NCBI GenBank assembly: GCA_963833425.1
Contig: CAWHXP010000015.1
Coordinates: 134,817-198,816, forward strand
Length of the DNA stretch: 64,000 nucleotides
Direction of reading: 5' to 3'
Origin: an uncultured Methanosarcinaceae archaeon
GTDB lineage: Archaea; Halobacteriota; Methanosarcinia; Methanosarcinales; Methanosarcinaceae
Shown in pieces: positions 56,270-64,000 of the stretch. How positions within the stretch are numbered: the first letter of the stretch is position 1; every line of letters begins with the position of its first letter. Made by a program: the position numbers and the translations under genes. The notes beneath the pieces were generated by a model. The model saw only the letters and a list, made by a program, of their open reading frames with translations. It did no database searches and was not told the origin of the DNA.

Positions 56270-57303
56270 AATTGAACGCACCCACAACACTTCCCGCGGA
56301 TTTCGGTGAATGGGATAGCTCGGATCAGCCTGCCGCTCAACCCGCTGCCAAACCCGGCGGATTCGACGGTTTTCCTGGATCTGTTGCCGCTCCCAAGCCG
56401 CCGCCAAGCCTGCGACTGCGCGTGTTGCCGTTCTGCCGGTTGCGCCCAAGACGCCGCCCCCAGCTCCACGGCGTCCGGTGCCCGTCTACGCTGAAACCGA
56501 GCAGGTCCATCAGAAGCCGCAACAGTATTCCGCGAAGGCGGCCAGTCAGGACGAGCAGCCCGAAGAGAAGAAGAAGACAGGGTTGTTTGTTGGCATCGGC
56601 ATCGTGGCGGTTCTGTTGATTGGCGGCGGCGGCTATGGCTACCTCCACATGCACTCCGGCACAGCCGTACAGAAGGCAGCAGCAGCCTCGCAAACGGCAT
56701 CGAGTTCATCGACCGAGCTGAAGCCGACGCCATCGAGTCCAACGGACACGGAAGCGCCCAAGGCTTCAACGACGGCCAGCACAACAGCCGATACCACGGA
56801 TACCACCGCAAGCAGGAGTCACGCCGATTCCGAGGCGATGGATCATCAATTGAACGCACCCTCGCGGATATCCAGTGACTTGAAGACATTGGCCGGAGGA
56901 AGGAGATGCGCCGCCAGCGGCCGGCTTTGGCGCGGGCGACCTGGGAGGCGTCAGCCAAAACAGCAGTGTCTTCGCGGGGCAGTCCGGTCCCAAGGTCAAA
57001 GTCGCAGCGCCGCAGAGGGTGAACATCTCGGCTGGCATCGCAGTTGGATTGTTGATGCAGAAGACCGCCCCTGTCTATCCTCCCATTGCCAAAACCGCTC
57101 GCGTGCAAGGCACGGTGGTGATTCAGGCCAACATCTCCAGGAGCGGATCAATCGAGAATCCGCGTGTGGTCAGCGGCCCGGTAATGTTGCGTCAGGCGGC
57201 TCTGGACGCGGTCAAGAGCTGGCGTTACAGGCCCTATATGCTGAGCGGAGAGCCTGTCGATGTGGAAACGACCATCAATGTAAACTTCGCGCTGGGTGGA
57301 TGA
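56248..57303 (+). CDS. TonB C-terminal-domain membrane protein (frameshifted)
   Basis: Single TM LFVGIGIVAVLLIGGGGYGY, Ser/Thr/Pro linker, PVYPPIAK.ARVQGTV...AALDAVK.WRY.P domain. Confidence 0.75.
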
Positions 57304-57388
57304 GTGGCTTCGCGCCGCCTCCGCCCTTTGTCGACTGGCTATAAGATGGTAGTGTGCATGATAAACAACTCGCTTTGGAAGGTAGAAT

Positions 57389-58666
57389 GTGGAACTTCTG
57401 AATCTGGAAAAGTATAAAGCTGAAATTCATCGGACACTGATCTCTAAGCTGGACTTGGAAAAGCTGTCGCGTGTCAATTCCAGTCAGGCACGTCAAGCGG
57501 TAGCCGGCATCGTCAAGGAGATTATCTCCGATCAGCGCGTGCCTTTGAACTTTGACGAGCAGGAGAAGATTCAAGCTGATCTGCTTGACGAAGTCTTTGG
57601 GCTGGGTCCGCTGGAGCCGCTGCTTCGTGATCCAAAGATTTCAGACATCCTGGTCAATGACAAGGATCATGTTTTTGTGGAAAAGGGCGGACTGCTGCAA
57701 AGGGTCGATACGACCTTTCGCGACGACCGCCATTTGTTGCAGATTATTGACCGCATTGTTTCGCGGGTTGGACGCCGGGTGGATGAATCCTCGCCGATGG
57801 TTGATGCGCGTTTGCCGGATGGCTCCCGCGTGAACGCGATCATTCCTCCACTGGCTCTCGACGGCCCCTCGTTGTCGATTCGCCGCTTTGGAACAGGCCC
57901 TCTTGCCGCGAACCAGTTGGTTCAGTTGAAGAGTGTTTCAGCTGAGATGATGGAAGTGCTCTCTTCCGCGGTGAAAGCCCGGATCAGCATTCTCATCGCC
58001 GGCGGCACCGGCGCCGGAAAAACGACGTTTCTCAATATTCTCTCGCAATACATTCCGCGCAATGAGCGTTTGGTCACCATCGAGGATGCGGCAGAACTCC
58101 GTCTGGCGCAGGAAAACATCGTGCGCCTGGAGACCCGCCCTCCCAATATCGAAGGCTTGGGAGCGGTCAAGCAGCGTCAACTGCTGATCAACTGCCTGCG
58201 TATGCGCCCGGATCGCATTATCATGGGCGAGATCCGCGGCGAAGAAGCCTTCGATATGCTTCAGGCCATGAATACCGGCCACGAAGGCTCGATGACCACC
58301 ATTCACGCCAACACGCCCCGCGACGCTATCTCCAGACTTGAATCGATGGTTGCCATGGGCATGACTCTGCCCGAAAAATCGGTTCGCCAACAGATCGCTT
58401 CCGCTATCACGATCGTCGTTCAGGCCACCCGCATGAGCGATGGCACGCGCAAGGTGACGAGCGTTGCCGAGATCACTGGAATGGAAGAAAGCGTTGTCAG
58501 TATGCAGGAGATATTCAACTTTACGAAAAAAGGAATTGGACCCGATGGCAAGGTTATCGGCGTATTTCAGCCGACGCATATTCGTCCCCGGTTTCTTGAG
58601 CGGCTCCGCGTCTCAGGCATCGTCCTGCCGCCGATTCTTTTCGAACGCGAAACGCCAGTAAATTAA
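57389..58666 (+). CDS. cpaF: Tad pilus assembly ATPase CpaF/TadA
   Basis: [41 protein letters not shown] and AMNTGHEG. Confidence 0.95.
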   Translation: MELLNLEKYKAEIHRTLISKLDLEKLSRVNSSQARQAVAGIVKEIISDQRVPLNFDEQEKIQADLLDEVFGLGPLEPLLRDPKISDILVNDKDHVFVEKGGLLQRVDTTFRDDRHLLQIIDRIVSRVGRRVDESSPMVDARLPDGSRVNAIIPPLALDGPSLSIRRFGTGPLAANQLVQLKSVSAEMMEVLSSAVKARISILIAGGTGAGKTTFLNILSQYIPRNERLVTIEDAAELRLAQENIVRLETRPPNIEGLGAVKQRQLLINCLRMRPDRIIMGEIRGEEAFDMLQAMNTGHEGSMTTIHANTPRDAISRLESMVAMGMTLPEKSVRQQIASAITIVVQATRMSDGTRKVTSVAEITGMEESVVSMQEIFNFTKKGIGPDGKVIGVFQPTHIRPRFLERLRVSGIVLPPILFERETPVN

Positions 58667-58687
58667 GCAGAAGGGAGAACCAAGGTT

Positions 58688-59664
58688 ATGGGTACTGGAA
58701 TGATTGTTCTTATCTTTCTGCTTGTCTTCGGTTTCGTGGCGATATTCGCTGTCGCCCTCGGCAGCGGAGCATCCAAACAGGCCAAGCAGGTCCATGCCAC
58801 GCTGGACTCAGCCTTGGCCACCGAGAGTCCGGAAAAACGGGGGCCTCTGCTCGACCTTCGCAAGTCAGAGCAGTTGAGCAGCATCCCATGGCTCAATTCC
58901 AAACTGCTGCAATTTGAATTGACGCCCCGCCTGCAGTCCCTGCTCTATCAGGCAGATCTCAAGTGGAGTCCTGGAGGCTTGCTGGCTGGCAGCGTGCTTT
59001 GCTTTATAGTCCCAGCTTATCTGGTTTATCTGCGCTTTAGCTCGATCCCTATCACGATTGGAGTCGGTTTTTTTACGGGTTCCTTGCCTTTTCTTTGGGT
59101 TCGCCACAAACGCAGCAAGCGCCTCAACGTCTTTCAACAGGGGTTGCCGGAGGCGCTGGATCTGATGGTCAATGCGATGCGCGCCGGACACAGCCTCATT
59201 GCCTCGATCGGGTCCGTGGCGCGCGAGTGCGCCGATCCGATCGGCTGCGAATTCAGATCCTGTTTCGAGGAGCAGAACTACGGCCTGGAAATGAAGACTG
59301 CCATGGACAATATGGTGAGCCGGGTTCCTCTTCAGGATCTTCGTATTGTCGTTACCGCAATCATGATTCAGAGGGAGAGCGGCGGAAATCTGGCCGAAGT
59401 TCTTGACAAGACCTCGCATGTGATCCGGGAACGGTTCCGCCTGAAGCGGCAGGTCGGGGTTCATACCGCCCAGGGGCGCATGACCGGGTGGGTGCTGACG
59501 TTTCTTCCGGTGGGACTGGGAATCGCTTTGTACATGGTCAACCCTGAGATGATTAGCATCTTGTGGAAGACTCCGATTCGGCCTCAAGATGCTCTGGGCT
59601 TCGTCGGATCATGATTTTTCTTGGCGGCTTAATTATTCGCAAGATTGTCAACATGGATGTTTAG
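58688..59664 (+). CDS. tadB: Tad pilus inner-membrane platform protein TadB (frameshift near 3' end)
   Basis: LPEALDL...MRAGHS, IQRESGGNLAEVL and TAQGR; a shifted frame ends IIRKIVNMDV*. Confidence 0.88.
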
Positions 59665-59671
59665 GTGACTT

Positions 59672-60222
59672 ATGGGAAACATGTTTTATGTGTATTCTGG
59701 CATTCGTTGGCGTCTTCCTGATGATCCTCAGCGGAGGGCTGCTTCTGTTTTACCGCGAGGAGATGCTACGCCGCATCTCCGAGGCGATCAATCCGCAGCC
59801 CAAGGAGAAACCCTGTTAAGCACCATCCAGAAGACCGGCCTTTCGATCGGCGGCGTCATCGAGCACTTCGAGAATGTCCTGCCTAAGAGTCAGGCCGAGG
59901 TCTCGATTGTCCTGCAGCGCCTTCACACGCTGGGTTTCGCAACGAGTCGGCAAAAAGGCCTTTTACGGCGCAAAGGTCTTGGTTCCCATCGTGATCTGCA
60001 TCCTGATATGGGCATCGGGACTTGTGAGTCTCGAGAGGCCCTTTTCGCTCTTTTCATCGGTGCCCCGTTGGGCTTTCTGGGCCCTGATTTCTGGCTCGCA
60101 ACCGGATCAAGAAACGCCAGAGCAGGATTCGGCGCGGCCTGCCTGATGTCCTCGATCTGCTGGTGATCTGTATCGAGGCCGGACTCAGCTTGGACCATGC
60201 GACCGCGCGCACCGCAGTGGAG
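59672..60222 (+). CDS. tadC: TadC, frameshifted and 3' truncated at junction
   Basis: Follows tadB; fragments GP.FWL and RIRRGLPDVLDLLVICIEAGLSLDHA. Confidence 0.8.
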
Positions 60223-60563
60223 TTTGTCTCTATTACCGAGATACGGGCCTTCAGGGGATTGAGCGCTCTCATTTGCCGATCTTCCGATTGAGTGTCTTCA
60301 ACGCGCCTCATCTGAAACTGCAGGTCAGTGACCTGAGTCGACAACTGATTGACGCCCTTGGCTAAGGGGTCAACTTCTTTACGTATCTTGCCGGACAACT
60401 CTTGCGCGGGGACTGCGCCTCGTCTATCGAGGAACGATCCAATTTGGTCTCTGAAACGCGCTGCTAACCAAACTAAGAGAACGAACAACAGAAAAGGCCA
60501 GTCCATTAGGTGATCGATGACCTTACCTACAAGTCTGATCAAAGAGTCGACAATACTAAACAT
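60223..60563 (-). CDS. Hypothetical membrane-anchored coiled-coil protein, 3' truncated at junction
   Basis: AGGAG RBS; TM WPFLLFVLLVWLAA followed by a heptad segment; the frame runs into antisense tadC. Confidence 0.55.
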
Positions 60564-61770
60564 TTCAATCTCCTGAGTGTGCTGTTACAGAACCGGGCCT
60601 GCGCGGTTGAGCTTGCCGAGCCCCATGCGGCGCCCTATCTCGATGGCTAAATTATTGGTCCGTGTGGAACGGCATTATATGTGAGTCATAACGGAATACG
60701 TCAAGGATTATCTTACCATTATAATAAAAAGGTAAGCTTCGGATGATCCCGAAATCCGCCGTTCAAGTAGTGACTATTCTTGGCTTTTGTCGACTTTGAT
60801 CTTTAGGGTCGCAGCAATATCCTTTTATATCAATGAGGTGCAACTGCCTACATTAGGAATCGAAAGCGCCGTTTTCCAAGAAACCGTGAGGGCGTAATCC
60901 GCGCCTGGTGTTCTCGACACACTGGATGGCGCAGATTGATTAGGAGTTGAGGCTACGGGCAGGGCTCCACAAGGCACTAACCTTGGAAACTGCGAATAGA
61001 GAAGCGCAGCGCGGAAATACCCGCGCGTTTGTTTGCCCGTTGACGCTGCGTCGCTCACTGCGTGACCACACATCTCAGGGGCGTCATTAGCGAAAGAGCC
61101 CTTGACTGATATCTATTCGGTTACGCGCGGGGAATTGCTTCGCTGCGCTGGCGACGGCATGCCAAGCCGCCTTTGCGAGAGCTGAAACGACGGAACAATC
61201 TCAGCGTTCCCCGCTTATAACTGAATGATTGTCCGGCCTAAACACTGCCGGTCGCGTCGACTTCCTACCTGCTGGTAATGTGGCCAGAGATTTTCCGACA
61301 TTTCCGTAGCTTATTGGGGGGCCTCCGTGGTCCCGGCCCCGTTTTCAAGGCAGGTCAGTTTGTGGCACGATTCGTGCTCAGCTTCATCCCCATAACGATC
61401 GGGCAGTCGTTACTACTTTTTCTCCTCCCAAGGGGCTCCGGGTCATGCCACCTCCGGCCTGGAGTTCCTCCCAAGATCGCAGAATCTTCCGACCGTCGGC
61501 ACATTTCGCAAGCTCTACTGCGGGTTCAGGCTACCTCCCAAAAAACTCCGGCTCCAAATGATTCTTGAAGACGAGCGTAAAGCGCCCCGCTCGGAAGTTC
61601 AGTGTCAGCCCAGCCGGCGCACGAGTTTTCTCTTCACCCTACTCCGATTGAAAGGCTGCGCGGTCGCCCCTCCGAGGCCTACGCCTCCAGGCCGTTGGTT
61701 AGCTTAGTGGTCTTTGGCGTAAATACGGTGACGTATTCATGATCAAAGCCCCGGTCAGGCGGACAGCCAA

Positions 61771-61853
61771 ATAGGATGTGGAGCCAAACGGGAACCGCAT
61801 CGTTCGAGGCCTTTTCTCGACAGATGCGGTTCGCTTCGCTCACCACATCCTAT
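61771..61853. repeat. REP/REPIN-like palindromic element
   Basis: ATAGGATGTGG...GAACCGCATC-(spacer)-GATGCGGTTC...CCACATCCTAT nested inverted repeats. Confidence 0.65.
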
Positions 61854-62310
61854 AAGAATACGTGACCAGAATTGCTCCATAGAGCAATGAGTAAGAGGCG
61901 CGAACGGAATCCACTTCAGTTCGTGACTTCAAGCCATCAATGTGGCTTGTTCCGCTCACGGAGACCTGCCGGAATATTGTGAGCGCTTTAGGAAACGGAG
62001 CGCTGGGCCAACAGGAATACGTTATTTTGTAATTTTGTGAAGATATGGCAAATCGCCGTGGAGAAAATAGTAGGTAGGACGAAAAAAGTTGGAACTTTGC
62101 CGAATGACAGAGAACTTAGTATAATTATAGGGTGATATTTCATCCGCGCTTAGGCGGCGCGAACCTGACCAAATTTCTGGAAAAATCCCGAAAATTTTTC
62201 AGCCTTCGACGTGTTGCCCGGAAAAGTTTATGCCGGACACCAAGTTTTTCTTTCCTCTTGAGCGTTAAAAGAGTATCATCACAGAAATTGTTTAACAATT
62301 GGAGGCTTCA

Positions 62311-62781
62311 ATGAATAGTGGAATGGGTCGGCTTTCCATAGCTTTTTCCTTATTCCTTCTCCTTTTGACAGGTGCGACGGTTCATGCTTCGGCCAAAGTG
62401 CCTGAAGGCTATAGAGATATTAAACTTGGGATGAACCGATCTCAGGTCGTGGAACTACTCCAAAAGAGCCCGATTCATTTTTCATATGATGAAATAGGAG
62501 GAGAAATCGGTGAAATAGTCCGGGGTGATGATCTGTTCCGGTTTGCCACATATAAGTTTGACAAGGAAGGCGTTCTTGTTGAAATTGGCCTGCAAATGCG
62601 CGAAGTCCTGGGGCGAGATCGATGCTTGGAGCTTTATAACACCCAGCATGGCCTTCAAGTGACCCCGCTTAAGAGCACGAGCGATTCGAATGTCACACTG
62701 GAAGTTAAAGACAATAGCCTAATTATGAAGAAGAATACAGGTAAGGATACTCGTTCGGCCTCCAGAGGATCAGCATCCTAA
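62311..62781 (+). CDS. Hypothetical secreted protein
   Basis: GGAGG RBS, signal peptide ending VHA, GYRDIKLGM motif. Confidence 0.7.
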   Translation: MNSGMGRLSIAFSLFLLLLTGATVHASAKVPEGYRDIKLGMNRSQVVELLQKSPIHFSYDEIGGEIGEIVRGDDLFRFATYKFDKEGVLVEIGLQMREVLGRDRCLELYNTQHGLQVTPLKSTSDSNVTLEVKDNSLIMKKNTGKDTRSASRGSAS

Positions 62782-63039
62782 GAACCGGCGGGAGGGCCTG
62801 TTTATAGACGGATAGGCGCCTGTGATTGCTTTCCGACGCTGTAAGCGCCTAGTTCAAAATGAAAGAGTTAATTACCTGATTGTGAAACTCGACGTACGGC
62901 GCGGCCCTGACAACTGCCGCGCCGTATAACGTTAGTGCTCATGGCGTGTGTCATGGCGCTGGAGCAAGAACTCGGGAGGCGTGTCGCCACCCGTCTTAAT
63001 TACAAGTAGAGTACAACAACGTTCCAGTCATCGTCAAAA

Positions 63040-63509
63040 AAGAGTCCTCCCACCTGCTAGGGCATTAGAGAGAAATCAGAATCATTCCCTTGGTAAACAA
63101 ATCCTGGACGGCAAACTCAAAGGCGCTTGTGTCGGAACGCTTCGGTAAAGTCGGTCCCGGAGGAAAAGCGCAACATCTGAGCCTCTTGCAAAAGTCTCTC
63201 TCGGGGCAGGGAATTGCGAAGCGTACTTGAACGATCGTTGATGTTATCCGACGGGCACAATTTGAACGTTGCGCTCCCCTTGACTCACGCAGCAAAAGAA
63301 AGCGGTCTTACGTATCCAGTTTTCCGATACGCGAGCGCTCGCTTCACGATGTGACGGATGAGGTGATCAAATCCCTTTGCTTGGAGGCCCTGCGGCGCTG
63401 CGAAGGCAATAAGAGATGCGCTGCTCGCATGCTTGGCACAGCCCGAGACTCTCTGTATCGCCATATGAAGCGTTTCGGAATTGATGGGGACAATCCGACC
63501 GAGGATTAA
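63040..63509 (+). pseudogene. Degraded sigma54 activator C-terminus with Fis-type HTH
   Basis: RELRSVLERSLML and EALRRCEGNKRCAARMLGTARDSLYRHMKRFGI* in broken frames. Confidence 0.65.
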
Positions 63510-63702
63510 TTCGATAGCCCGACTTTAAGACACGCCGTGAATGTGTAGCCTACTGATAACACGGGGACAGCAATTCTTCGGTCCGTTATTAGGACACCTT
63601 CGCATTCCTTGCCGACCCTTCGCATCTCACTCCCACTGCATCACTGTGGCTAACTGCCTACTATTACAGCTTTTATATGCACATTCATCCGCTGACCATA
63701 AT

Positions 63703-63718
63703 TGGCACGCAAACTGCA
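63703..63718 (+). promoter_or_regulatory. Putative sigma54 promoter upstream of azoR
   Basis: TGGCACGCAAACTGCA matches TGGCAC-N5-(T/C)TGC. Confidence 0.65.
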
Positions 63719-63891
63719 GAGATGCGCTGCAAGGGTTAATAGAGTTCCAGTCGAATTATCCGAAACGCTTATGCGTGTTGTACAGGAAGCGTCAAGACAG
63801 CAAGGAGAACCAGGCTGCCATGTGTCGGATGCCGGCGGTGGATTTAAGACATGCCCAACTCACAGGGACAACACCATCTGAGGAGGTAAGA

Positions 63892-64000
63892 ATGAGCAAA
63901 CTACTTTACATAAAGGCGTCTCCTCGTGGAGAGCGATCTTATTCCAGTTCTGTCGCGGAGGCTTTCATAGGCGCATACAAGAAGCAACACCCGGATGACG
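63892..64000 (+). CDS. azoR: FMN-dependent NADH-azoreductase, N-terminus (runs off window)
   Basis: GGAGG RBS; MSKLLYIKASPRGERSYSSSVAEAFIGAYKKQHPDD. Confidence 0.85.
   Translation, partial: MSKLLYIKASPRGERSYSSSVAEAFIGAYKKQHPDD

Noticed and set aside
1849..59587. Numerous antisense and overlapping ORFs in the six-frame track (e.g. 1849-2295, 23363-23947, 31108-31704, 57938-58579, 58865-59587)
   Set aside because: They are shadows of well-supported genes on the opposite strand, with no motifs of their own.
52494..60222. Programmed frameshifting or phase variation in the tad genes
   Set aside because: Shifts are scattered through most genes of 48-60 kb without consistent slippery motifs; sequencing error is simpler.
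48060..64000. Bacterial genomic island (tad pili, T9SS cargo) transferred into a methanogen
   Set aside because: Three mid-gene junctions, three different apparent source taxa, no mobility genes or att sites, and dense indels favour a chimeric contig.

Overview
This window is not one genome. Bases 1 to ~48,060 are AT-rich Methanosarcina-type archaeal chromosome. They hold a five-gene CBS-domain cluster, acylphosphatase, five tRNAs (tRNA-Tyr has a BHB intron), two tandem core-MetE-like methionine synthases and mfnA. They also hold the class III ribonucleotide reductase operon (nrdH-nrdD-nrdG), USP, an M13 peptidase, a P-type ATPase, an Ntn/C45 hydrolase, a thioredoxin, an NADH oxidase-like flavoprotein and an orphan pstS. 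IS5, IS6 and IS1634 remnants, two MITE families and several pseudogenes are scattered through it. Just upstream of mfnA, inverted ORB-like boxes flank an AT-rich core: a candidate replication origin with no cdc6/orc1 in the window. After ~48,060 three unrelated bacterial fragments are joined mid-gene. These are a Bacteroidota T9SS-cargo gene (~48.06-50.02 kb), an Acidobacteriota-like sigma54 activator plus tad/cpa locus (~50.02-60.22 kb) and a probable deltaproteobacterial piece ending in azoR (~60.22-64 kb). The first two carry many frameshifts, which points to a chimeric, low-coverage long-read contig end. The most unusual coding feature is a reconstructed ~1,250-aa CpaE/TadZ fused to eight Ig-like repeats, bracketed by a duplicated ~26-aa motif and followed by a TonB-C-domain membrane protein. 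All taxonomic and family calls come from motif recognition, not database searches.
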